In this document: positions 26,468 to 35,804 of the stretch, piece after piece | Numbering within the stretch: position 1 is the first letter of the stretch | How the letters are laid out: every line of letters starts with the position of its first letter | IMG/VR virus record: IMGVR_UViG_3300042558_000825 | Coordinates: 1 to 64,000 of that record | DNA: 64,000 nucleotides | Origin: a virus | Reading direction: 5' to 3' (one strand) | The notes under the pieces: model-generated | What the model was told of the DNA's origin: nothing | The model's database searches: none | What the model saw: only the letters and a program-made list of their open reading frames with translations | Position numbers and translations under genes: made by a program

Positions 26468-27755
26468 TTTTTAATCCTTTTAAATAATTTTTAAATTCTT
26501 CTACCCTAGCAGACACATGATTTTTATTATGTGTTACAATATCAATCCATTCTTCCGACATTTTATTTAAATCTTTGTTTAAACATATATCTTTAACAAT
26601 TTCTGTTATACGATATACTCGGTGTGAATGATTAGTTATGGTATCATAATCTTCATCCCAAAATTTATCAAATGTTTTATACCCGGCTATCTTAATATGT
26701 TCTAATGCATGTGGCACCGATTGTAATATAAAAGGATGTTCATATAGCATAGCTCTGATAATCTTTTCTGTATAAAAAAATCCCGTTTTCATGTCGGTTG
26801 CTTCGTCAAATCTACTTTCTGATACAATGCTAAAATATGACCTGTCATAATATTCTGCTAAATTTTCTTTATTTGCAAATCCCATCCATGATCCGGTGTA
26901 CGTACTACGGTTTCTGTCTGTCAGTGCTGATTGGTCAAGAACGGATGGTTGCAAATCTATTTCATCAATAATCTTAATCCATTCTTCATTTTTATATGTA
27001 TGTTTTATATAGTCATTCAATGGTAAACTGGTTGAAGTGCTTTCGGCAGGAATTGATATAAACCCATACTTATTTAAATCTTCTTTTGTAAAAGTGACAT
27101 GTGACATCAATCTATCTAATGTGTATCGCCTAGCCAATTTAATAAATTTTTTATCTTTTTCACACTTAGTTGGGTGATACTGTGGTAATTTTTTTAGACT
27201 CCATATTTCAGCCATTGGCATATGTATTAAATTGTTTCTATATAATTCATTTAGTATTCCTAATATGTCCGGGTGAAATATAGAAGTTGACCATATATAA
27301 AAATCCCTACAGGTTCCAAATTCTTTCAGGAACAGATCAAATATTCTATTGATAACATCTATCTCACAATCAGCCCAATTATGCGAAATAATTATTTTAC
27401 ATTTTCCTTTTGTCCATAGTTCAATAATGTTTTTAGGGATATGTTCTATCCAAATTCCTCTACCACTTCCATAATACAATGATATTATATACTTTATATT
27501 ATGTTGTATGTTAATATTATAAACAATAGTTCCTTGTTCAGAGTAATAATCTATGTTATTTACAAGATCACTATGGTGAACATGCATATAATCTATTCCT
27601 AGTATTGCATTTATAGGTGAATCTGTAAAATATGTCATCCCTACCTTCATAGGAGTTTTGTAATAATGTGAGATATATTCATTGTGAGACATTCCCAACG
27701 AGTTGGGGATGGGTCCATGAGGACCATACTCATTAATTGCATAAATTAATTTCAT
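26439..27755 (-). CDS. Putative glycosyltransferase (GT-B/GT10-like C-terminus)
   Basis: YFSIVSES...FFYTEKIIRAMLYEHPFI...GYKTF..FWDEDYD, resembling the TEK motif of GT10-like enzymes. Confidence 0.55.
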   Translation of the reverse strand: MKLIYAINEYGPHGPIPNSLGMSHNEYISHYYKTPMKVGMTYFTDSPINAILGIDYMHVHHSDLVNNIDYYSEQGTIVYNINIQHNIKYIISLYYGSGRGIWIEHIPKNIIELWTKGKCKIIISHNWADCEIDVINRIFDLFLKEFGTCRDFYIWSTSIFHPDILGILNELYRNNLIHMPMAEIWSLKKLPQYHPTKCEKDKKFIKLARRYTLDRLMSHVTFTKEDLNKYGFISIPAESTSTSLPLNDYIKHTYKNEEWIKIIDEIDLQPSVLDQSALTDRNRSTYTGSWMGFANKENLAEYYDRSYFSIVSESRFDEATDMKTGFFYTEKIIRAMLYEHPFILQSVPHALEHIKIAGYKTFDKFWDEDYDTITNHSHRVYRITEIVKDICLNKDLNKMSEEWIDIVTHNKNHVSARVEEFKNYLKGLKNEKSISNGT

Positions 27756-29837
27756 TTAACTTTTCTTTGAAATAGGGATGTCAGCACCACAACTGCATCT
27801 AACAGAATCACATATTACCGTTCTCAATAAACTATTCCAATCTATTTTCTTATGATCTTTTACATTACCAATAATACCACCCACTTCACAATTTCCTCGT
27901 TTAATGTGACCATACTGATGTATAAACATACTTTCAGTACCTATTGCACATCTAAAATCAAAGAAATTTGTTTGTCCTTTGTTAATCAGCATTTGCGGAC
28001 TATTAATTACTTCTGACGTACTATCTTCATATGTAATGACGGCATTACTTGAATATTTCCTAAACAAAGGATTAGTTTCTAATATTTTTACTGCAGTAGT
28101 TTTTGTAGCAACAGTTTTAAAATTCTTAAAAAATTCAGACTGTTCAGGTGTGTACTTAAGATCAACTAGCTTATTTTTAGAAGATCCATATTGGTCATCA
28201 ATGTACACTACTTCTAATCGGGCAGTAGTTTCATTCTTTATTCTATCAATAAACTCAATGCACTTATCCCAATATAACGGATCCATCATCAATCTAACAG
28301 TTACCATAGTTAAATTTGATGCTATCTTAACTTTTTCTATCCATTCATCTGCTGTATTATTTGGAAATTCTTGTGCTGGATGAAAGCTACAACCAGCATA
28401 TGATAGATATTTGAAGTTCTCCTCAATATAGCGTGGTGTCCTAGCTAGATTAGTAGTAATACCTATATATCCACCTAGAGTATGAATTTTTTTAACTAGG
28501 TCCGGGAAGAACGGGCTCAGTGTAGGTTCTCCTCCGCTTAGAGAAAACAATAATTTTTTATTTAAATTAAGTCCGTAGAATAAAAATAGATCGTCTAGAA
28601 ATGGTTCTACTACATCCCAATCAAATAAATGATTTTTACCTTCATGTAATACCGGAGGACAATATCTACAGCTATAGTTGCAAATATCATTTAATATCCA
28701 TGTAATTATAGCCCAACTTTCATTTTTTATTTCTATAATCTTTTTCCCTTGAAGTGGTAATGGGCCCTTCCAATGAGGGATCCTACTAGTAGTAGGATTT
28801 GTATAGGCTGCAGTCATCTGTGTGTCAGATACAATTTCCACAGATTTTACACTTGAAAAGGGAGTTAAATCCATTTTTAACCCGCCGGCATTTTTGTATA
28901 GGTCATCCTCTTGAACTTCATACAAATGACCAATTAATAAATATCCTTCTCTATTGCGATGGTCACCAAACTTCCATCCATGTTGTTCTAATCCTACTTT
29001 TTTAAATCTGTGATATTGTTTTGTTTTATAATCCGGAGTAGCATTGTCAGCACCTAATAATGCCATAATTTCATTTGACCAAGTAGTTTGTAGTACAACG
29101 GCATTTTCTTCTGCGGCGCGGGTGTCTTCATCTAATACAATATGAGAAATATTTTTTCCTAATGTGTTGTAACCTAATACCAAATCGCCAAATCTATAAT
29201 AAGGAAAAAACGATGCGCTATCTTCTTCTGTTATTTCATAATCTAGTCTAGGATCGTAACTCATCAATATATTAACATTTGAGAAGGTTGGTAAGTTATT
29301 ACGTTGTGGTATACTGGTATTAAAAAACATCTCTAACGTATGAATCGTATCATTCAACTGTAAAAAGGTCGTGTGAAATTCTTCATTAAATCGTATACCA
29401 GGCCATCGTACAGCTTGAGGATCGTCCTTATCTAACCGTTTCCATGCATCGTCCCACCAATTTTTAGATAATTTCTCAGCTAATCGGTTGCCATATATTT
29501 CATATTCTTCATGTAGATAATTAAGAGTATCTTGGTCTATTACTGTTGCCCGACGTATTTCTCTATCATAAAAACTATTTAAATAATCAATAATACGATT
29601 AATTTTGTCTATTTTGCCACGATCGGTCAGTGTATCTAACGTATATGTATTACTGCGGGAGAATTTGACACTTTTTTCTCTTATACGTTTTTCACTAAAA
29701 TTCATTTTTTCAAATGCTTTAACCCATTTTTTTGCTAATTCAGTTTCAAATAACCTGAAATATATATCATAGTGTTCCCATGTTGTAGGATTGACGAGGG
29801 TAATCCGTACATTTTTATCTTCTAGAAATCGTGCCAT
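27756..29837 (-). CDS. Radical SAM enzyme with ~350-aa unknown N-terminal domain
   Basis: CNYSCRYC, SGGEPT, TTN, C-terminal Cys cluster. Confidence 0.88.
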   Translation of the reverse strand: MARFLEDKNVRITLVNPTTWEHYDIYFRLFETELAKKWVKAFEKMNFSEKRIREKSVKFSRSNTYTLDTLTDRGKIDKINRIIDYLNSFYDREIRRATVIDQDTLNYLHEEYEIYGNRLAEKLSKNWWDDAWKRLDKDDPQAVRWPGIRFNEEFHTTFLQLNDTIHTLEMFFNTSIPQRNNLPTFSNVNILMSYDPRLDYEITEEDSASFFPYYRFGDLVLGYNTLGKNISHIVLDEDTRAAEENAVVLQTTWSNEIMALLGADNATPDYKTKQYHRFKKVGLEQHGWKFGDHRNREGYLLIGHLYEVQEDDLYKNAGGLKMDLTPFSSVKSVEIVSDTQMTAAYTNPTTSRIPHWKGPLPLQGKKIIEIKNESWAIITWILNDICNYSCRYCPPVLHEGKNHLFDWDVVEPFLDDLFLFYGLNLNKKLLFSLSGGEPTLSPFFPDLVKKIHTLGGYIGITTNLARTPRYIEENFKYLSYAGCSFHPAQEFPNNTADEWIEKVKIASNLTMVTVRLMMDPLYWDKCIEFIDRIKNETTARLEVVYIDDQYGSSKNKLVDLKYTPEQSEFFKNFKTVATKTTAVKILETNPLFRKYSSNAVITYEDSTSEVINSPQMLINKGQTNFFDFRCAIGTESMFIHQYGHIKRGNCEVGGIIGNVKDHKKIDWNSLLRTVICDSVRCSCGADIPISKKS

Positions 29838-29897
29838 CTTAGATCCTTAACTCACTGTGTATTTAATACACTGAGTGCTACTGTCAATTTTTTAACA

Positions 29898-30815
29898 TTA
29901 ATATTGGTTATTAATAGGATAGATTTTTGGCTTTTTGGTATCTGCTGTAATTAATTTATGTTTAGGGTTTGCCGAACACAATGCACATTGTGGTATATGA
30001 GTTTTTGAAATTAAATTGTTCATAAATTTATCTAATTTTTCACCACTCCAGTTATGTTCAGCGGGGGCATAACTATCTATTAACTCTTTTTGATTTGTAG
30101 TAAGTGTTACATGATACTGTTCCATAAATTTTGGTATTACTCCTATAGGAGCACATTTGTACAATTTGCCATCCATCATATGATGACAGTCTTGCATAAT
30201 ACAATTTTTAAAGGCTTCTTTAGGATCACTCTCATGTAGGGAAAATTCAGAATTTTCATATTTTAAACTACTATCTTTAAAATGCCATGAGGGGATTAGT
30301 CTAGATTGTATGTTATTACGGTCTGTATATCTAAACATGGTAACTGAATGATCTTCATTTAAACAATCATTCCATACTTTGTTACTATGAATTTCTTTTT
30401 TTATGTCTTTGTCTAAAAACGATTCTAAATTTGTAAACGCATTTACCCAAGTACTCGGATCATGATGACTAACGTCCAATCCAACCTTACCTTTATATTT
30501 TAAAATTTCTTGATACAAATTAGGAACGTAATTCAATCTTGTTCCGTTGGTTACAATAAGAATATTTGCATTAGGCCATAAGATTTTTAGGCCTTCAATC
30601 CATTTAAAAAGATCCGGATTGAGTAACGGTTCACCACCTATAATGCCAATAGTTCCTATAGTTAATATCTTTGACCAGTTACTGTATGCTTCTTTAGCAT
30701 CGTCCCAACGATGATGGCCTTTAAAGGCATAGTTATTAAATCTATTACAATCTGTACAATTTAAGTTACAAACGTGTGTAATATAAAATTCAGTGTAAAT
30801 TAAATGATGTTTCAT
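29898..30815 (-). CDS. Radical SAM enzyme
   Basis: CNLNCTDC, GGEPLL, TNG, GKLYKC, CALC. Confidence 0.9.
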   Translation of the reverse strand: MKHHLIYTEFYITHVCNLNCTDCNRFNNYAFKGHHRWDDAKEAYSNWSKILTIGTIGIIGGEPLLNPDLFKWIEGLKILWPNANILIVTNGTRLNYVPNLYQEILKYKGKVGLDVSHHDPSTWVNAFTNLESFLDKDIKKEIHSNKVWNDCLNEDHSVTMFRYTDRNNIQSRLIPSWHFKDSSLKYENSEFSLHESDPKEAFKNCIMQDCHHMMDGKLYKCAPIGVIPKFMEQYHVTLTTNQKELIDSYAPAEHNWSGEKLDKFMNNLISKTHIPQCALCSANPKHKLITADTKKPKIYPINNQY

Positions 30816-30833
30816 TAATTTATCCTTCTTTAG

Positions 30834-30861
30834 TTGGAATCTTTTGATTCACATCTCTATT
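30834..30861. repeat. 28-bp direct repeat, copy 1 (copy 2 at 32631-32658)
   Basis: ttggaatcttttgattcacatctctatt is identical at both sites. Confidence 0.92.
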
Positions 30862-30887
30862 ATTTAACAGATTTATTTTTTTGTCTT

Positions 30888-31829
30888 TTAAATTTTAATT
30901 TTGATATGTTTAACAGGATTCCATTTAAAATCCCATTCTCTATTTTTTGTATGATATAGTACTGATCCAATACTGCTACTAGGGTCGCCTGGGTTAGGTA
31001 AACTCCATCTATATTTGAACAACGGTTCTACTACATTTTCATTTGCTCGGCTATTCATAGCACATCCACCCATATAAACTAAACAATCTGCACCTGTTAA
31101 CTGTACAGCTAATTGCATAACTTTACTTACTTCTATTTCAAAACGTTCTTGTACTGATGCGGCAAGGTCACATTGTTCTTCTGTGTGTAATATCCAGTCC
31201 TGCACACCTTTATGAAAATTATAATTTAATTTTAGCGTGTCCGAACCAAAATAATTAGATACTTGTATACGGAATCTTTTAGGATTACCCTGTTCTGCCA
31301 TTTGTTGTAATAAGTATTCGTCTTTAATTGGCGTTAATCCAACAAGTTGTGTAAATGCGCTATAGAATAATCCTAGACTATGTGGATAACCACGACTCCA
31401 TACTTTTTTCATTTCTCCGTGTTTTGCTTCCCAAATAGTAGCACATTCAAACTCTCCTATAGCATCTAGTACAACAACAGCACAATGATTAAAAGTACTA
31501 GTATAATAACCCGCAGCCGCGTGACTAGCATGATGTGGGGTATATCTTACAGGTGCATAATGTAATCTAGTTTTATTAAGATATCTTTTAGGAAGGACAT
31601 TCATATCTAATGCGGTATCATATTGACCGGCATAGACTTGTCTTGCTTTTTTAACCCAAGGTCTTTCATACCAAAAGATATTATTAGGAGCTCCGTAATA
31701 AAGTGCTTCTGTAATAACTGAAGTATCTAATTCATCTGTTGAGCAGTTATACCATGATTTAAGTTTGTTATTATTAAAAATAGCTAAACTTGAACCGTGA
31801 TTAAGAGCATTGATTCCCCAATGTATCAT
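30888..31829 (-). CDS. Carbamoyltransferase NodU/CmcH family, N-terminal (Kae1-like) domain only
   Basis: HHASHAAAGYY, DAIGE, SLGLFYS, GGCAMN, PGD; ends at 313 aa without the YrdC-like domain. Confidence 0.85.
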   Translation of the reverse strand: MIHWGINALNHGSSLAIFNNNKLKSWYNCSTDELDTSVITEALYYGAPNNIFWYERPWVKKARQVYAGQYDTALDMNVLPKRYLNKTRLHYAPVRYTPHHASHAAAGYYTSTFNHCAVVVLDAIGEFECATIWEAKHGEMKKVWSRGYPHSLGLFYSAFTQLVGLTPIKDEYLLQQMAEQGNPKRFRIQVSNYFGSDTLKLNYNFHKGVQDWILHTEEQCDLAASVQERFEIEVSKVMQLAVQLTGADCLVYMGGCAMNSRANENVVEPLFKYRWSLPNPGDPSSSIGSVLYHTKNREWDFKWNPVKHIKIKI

Positions 31830-31939
31830 TTGTATATAAACGGATCTTGTTTACGTAATTCATCAAGACGGCGTTTGCGTTCTTGCCTTGCTTTATACCA
31901 CTTTAGTGGTCTTAAAATATAATAAAAAAATTTATTCAT
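31826..31939 (-). CDS. 37-aa basic peptide ending DPFIYK, coupled to carbamoyltransferase, not in ORF track
   Basis: MNKFFYYILRPLKWYKARQERKRRLDELRKQDPFIYK; GGGGA RBS; ATGA overlap. Confidence 0.75.
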   Translation of the reverse strand: MNKFFYYILRPLKWYKARQERKRRLDELRKQDPFIYK

Positions 31940-31963
31940 AACGTATCCCCATAATAAAAGTTT

Positions 31964-32617
31964 TCATAGCGCCAATTCTTGTAATCCAGGTTGATAATTT
32001 AACACCAACTCAACTAATCTATTACCTACTTTTTTATTTAATTCTTCTGTAAAATGATTGCTATACTCATTTCCTACCAAAGACATATCAACTAGATTTT
32101 CTTTTACAGTCATACCGTTTTTAAATATATATCCATGATCAAAACACCGTAAGTGTATTACGCAGGGAATTTTATAAACTTCTACAAGATCATCTAATTC
32201 TTTAAACCAAGAAACCATTGCCCATTTACAATAATCACGGGACCAAAGTTCTTCATAGTATAATTGTCCGGCTTTAGCAATTGCAAGATTTTTTATTGGA
32301 TCAATGTGTGTTCCCTCAGGATTATAAAATTTACCATTCTGGACACTACGGGAAGTAAGCCCATAATCATAATCATTGGGTATCCTATTAGGTTCAGTAT
32401 GGCATAATAGTAATACTTTTGGTACATGTAATTGTAATTCCTTTAATAGTCGTTTGCGTACGCTCCACCAAGAAGCTCCGGCAAATCCATATCCTCGAGT
32501 TTTTTCATTGCTGTTGGATAATTTTTGAGAAACTATAAACGGCCAATGAGTCGGTAGTGATCGTAATTCGGCAAAACTATCACCTAAAATTAATATATCT
32601 TTATGTTCAAATTTCAT
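31964..32617 (-). CDS. SGNH/GDSL-like hydrolase or acyltransferase
   Basis: ILILGDSF block I, GAS block II, C-terminal NH. Confidence 0.65.
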   Translation of the reverse strand: MKFEHKDILILGDSFAELRSLPTHWPFIVSQKLSNSNEKTRGYGFAGASWWSVRKRLLKELQLHVPKVLLLCHTEPNRIPNDYDYGLTSRSVQNGKFYNPEGTHIDPIKNLAIAKAGQLYYEELWSRDYCKWAMVSWFKELDDLVEVYKIPCVIHLRCFDHGYIFKNGMTVKENLVDMSLVGNEYSNHFTEELNKKVGNRLVELVLNYQPGLQELAL

Positions 32618-32619
32618 TT

Positions 32620-33714
32620 TTAACCAATAATTGGAATCTTTTGATTCACATCTCTATTTTGAGAACCTATAAAATTAAGTTCTCCGCAAATTGCACTGCA
32701 TCTTTCCAATCTAATATCAGAATTAAAAGATTTGTCTAATATACTAAACCAAGGACCGTTTACAATATCATGCAATTTAGTGTGATGTATGTTAGCAAGA
32801 TGCTTTCCGCCAATTGTATCCCACATTGACTGCATCATATATTTATCTGAATGCGATTCTGCTTCTATTCCGTAAAGTCTATCTTGCAACCAACCACATG
32901 GAAATACATTACCGTCTGCACTTATATAAATATGATTTGTTTTCTGTGAATGGCACTCAACTATAGTATTACCAAGATATTGTTTTATAGACCCGTGTTC
33001 AGTTGCAATCTTCTTTTGGTCTACATAAATCATATTTTGATAATCTACATTAGTAGGTAATTCTAAATAGCGTTCTACTACACCTTGTTTATTTTTCACA
33101 GGCCATTGCATAATGAATTCGTGTTTCTTATTGAAGAATCTAGCTGTATATTTTACTCTAAATTCTTTGAAACCTAACTGACTACTTAATTCTCTCGCTT
33201 TATCAACTTGATGTTCATTGTGTCTAAAAATTATAAAATCCCATATAGCTGTGCCACCGTTGTCAATATATATTTTTACATTTTTTATTATCTTTTGCCA
33301 ATTAGTATCGACCCTATATAAATGGTTAGTATCTTCTAATCCATCTATACCGAAACCAATCCAATCTACATATTTGCCTGCTTCTTTCCAAAATGATTTA
33401 GTTTGTAAGCTGCCATTGGTATGCAACGCTACTACTAATTTGGGATTAACTTCTTTTAACCATTGACATATACGTATTAAATCTTTATTCATACAAGGAT
33501 CACCGTATGTTCCACAGAAATAAACTTCTTCTAATTGCTTAATAAACTCAACAGGTAATATAGATTTTGCTGTTTCTAATGTTACATTTATCAACGGCAG
33601 ACTTGATACAGTTGCGCCACCGTAATCATTACGGGGGCATTGCGGGCATCGTGCATTGCAATGAGTAGATATTTCCCACTCAATCTTTTTAATATTGTTA
33701 TAATTAAATGGCAT
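32620..33714 (-). CDS. Radical SAM enzyme with SPASM/twitch-type C-terminus
   Basis: CNARCPQC, GTYGDP, HTNG, IYISADGNVFPCGW, CSAIC. Confidence 0.9.
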   Translation of the reverse strand: MPFNYNNIKKIEWEISTHCNARCPQCPRNDYGGATVSSLPLINVTLETAKSILPVEFIKQLEEVYFCGTYGDPCMNKDLIRICQWLKEVNPKLVVALHTNGSLQTKSFWKEAGKYVDWIGFGIDGLEDTNHLYRVDTNWQKIIKNVKIYIDNGGTAIWDFIIFRHNEHQVDKARELSSQLGFKEFRVKYTARFFNKKHEFIMQWPVKNKQGVVERYLELPTNVDYQNMIYVDQKKIATEHGSIKQYLGNTIVECHSQKTNHIYISADGNVFPCGWLQDRLYGIEAESHSDKYMMQSMWDTIGGKHLANIHHTKLHDIVNGPWFSILDKSFNSDIRLERCSAICGELNFIGSQNRDVNQKIPIIG

Positions 33715-34552
33715 GTTCTAATAACCTTGAAATACAAACTCTATTTACTATACCACCTCGGTTATAATCACTGAATGAATTATCCCCTAAACCAAATATT
33801 ACACAATCTGTTTGTTGAAGATTGTGTGTTTCACATACAGTTTTATACGTTTTTCCATAAGTGTCCCAATTATAATCTGCAGAAAAAGTATTCATTAATG
33901 CTATTGCTAATTGCATAGGTATTTTTGGAGTCATATCTACAGAATTGTATATATCAATTCCATCATCATTGTCATATCGTTGATAACGTATTCCACAACG
34001 CAACCACTGAGCACCATCAAATGCTTTACTTAGACTAAAACAAATGGTATCAATACATGTATAATTCAAATTTAAATTGATATTCTTAGTTATAGGATAA
34101 TAGGCCATGTCTAATAATACAGGTATGCCTAAATCTTCACACTTATCTAGCAACGAGTTCAACTCGGTATGCATAGAACCGGTATCACTAAACGGTACTG
34201 ATATAATCAGTGCATCACCGATCATTAACTGCTCAGTATTTAGCCATTCCCAGTTGAGATTGTGTTTCATTGATGCTCGGTGGTACATGAACTCACCTTG
34301 AAAAAATCTAAAACGTAGTTTGTTATATTTTAAATAAAAATGATCAAATGCTTGAATAGTACCACTTATAAACTTTTTATTTGTGTAAGACTCTATGTTC
34401 TCTAAATGATTATTTTTACTAGCTTTGATCCATTTGTCAAACACATCAATATAAGTATCATATACACTTAGTGTGGCATCAGTTTTTGTTGAATTAATTA
34501 ATTTTACTACATGCTTATTTGGTACAGGAATAGCGTTCTTATTAAACATCAT
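33704..34552 (-). CDS. PLP-dependent (fold type I) aminotransferase-like protein
   Basis: VLLDMAY and FSLSKAF...R.G (PLP-binding Asp and Lys). Confidence 0.7.
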   Translation of the reverse strand: MMFNKNAIPVPNKHVVKLINSTKTDATLSVYDTYIDVFDKWIKASKNNHLENIESYTNKKFISGTIQAFDHFYLKYNKLRFRFFQGEFMYHRASMKHNLNWEWLNTEQLMIGDALIISVPFSDTGSMHTELNSLLDKCEDLGIPVLLDMAYYPITKNINLNLNYTCIDTICFSLSKAFDGAQWLRCGIRYQRYDNDDGIDIYNSVDMTPKIPMQLAIALMNTFSADYNWDTYGKTYKTVCETHNLQQTDCVIFGLGDNSFSDYNRGGIVNRVCISRLLEHAI

Positions 34553-35804
34553 TTAAAATCCTATAGTAATCTGCATACAACTCAGCAAATTTGATAGGTC
34601 TAATAGAATCTAATTTATTGATATAGTCCATAAAAGCCGCGAACTTACTACTTTCATCAACACTATTCATGTATTCAATCTGAGATTTGATTCTATTTTT
34701 CCATCGTTCGTTGTTATTTAACTCAGTAAATGATTCCCAATGTTGAATAATTTTATTTTTAACTTGCACAGGTAATACAGTTGTAGACATATATTTAGGC
34801 CAATGAGTCGTACCAATGGACATTAATCCCTGGTTACGTTTACATATCTTTTTCCAATCGCGGCCTATAATACTTTGTGCAAAATCAGGTATATAATATA
34901 TATTCATGGCATGCACTGTGGTTAATAGGCTAACTACAATGTTATTTCCAGTTTCGTCTAACCTATCAAGATTTTTTGAAATTACATTCCAATCAGCAGG
35001 ATATCTAATGTAATCATTACGGGTACCCCAATCATCTAAACTAACCATGATTTCTACTTCTTTAAAGTTATTCCATAACTCAATAAACTTCTCATTCAGT
35101 ATAGTACCGTTAGTATGGTAACGTAATTCAATATTTTTGCTAGCACCGGACTCTACTAATTTAGTAATGAATCTTTCGTGGTCTTTAATTAATAATGGTT
35201 CACCGCCACCGAAGATAATATGTCTAATGTCACCTATAAACTCATCTAATGAATTTTGTGTTTCTAATCTTTCAAACCAATCAAAACAATCAGTAGTAGT
35301 GATACTATTTGCTTTGTACTGCCAATCTCCTTTAGCTTCATGGTTAACTAAAATAGTAGATAATTTCTTACTATCTTGTAGCCACTTACTACTATCTCTA
35401 GGACGACACATTACACATTGTAAGTTACATGTGTTTCCTAATCGTAAATCTAATGATAAGGGTTTGAAATCTACACTACCGTCTGGGTTAGTTGATGTGA
35501 TCAATTGTTCAATGTATTCAGTGCTTATTTTACGTTGCCATAAGCCATTTTCTATTATTCTATGACTTCTAATGCCACTAGCTTCTTCTTTCCAACAGCT
35601 ATTACATTGCGGTATCTTTTCACCGGCTAAAAATTTTAGTCTAGCGGATTTGAATTGTTCGCTGTTCCATACTTCACTGGGAGTTTGTTGATTAAGATTT
35701 AATCCAACCTCAGGTGATGCAATGCAACAGAGCGGTACATTGCCATCGTTCCAGCTAGCTAAATGAATCCAGGGCTGGATACAAAAGTTTTCGTTATCAA
35801 TCAT
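34542..35804 (-). CDS. Radical SAM enzyme with N-terminal twitch domain
   Basis: FCIQPW...LCC...CNSC; DLRLGNTCNLQCVMC; GGEP; TNG. Confidence 0.9.
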   Translation of the reverse strand: MIDNENFCIQPWIHLASWNDGNVPLCCIASPEVGLNLNQQTPSEVWNSEQFKSARLKFLAGEKIPQCNSCWKEEASGIRSHRIIENGLWQRKISTEYIEQLITSTNPDGSVDFKPLSLDLRLGNTCNLQCVMCRPRDSSKWLQDSKKLSTILVNHEAKGDWQYKANSITTTDCFDWFERLETQNSLDEFIGDIRHIIFGGGEPLLIKDHERFITKLVESGASKNIELRYHTNGTILNEKFIELWNNFKEVEIMVSLDDWGTRNDYIRYPADWNVISKNLDRLDETGNNIVVSLLTTVHAMNIYYIPDFAQSIIGRDWKKICKRNQGLMSIGTTHWPKYMSTTVLPVQVKNKIIQHWESFTELNNNERWKNRIKSQIEYMNSVDESSKFAAFMDYINKLDSIRPIKFAELYADYYRILNDV

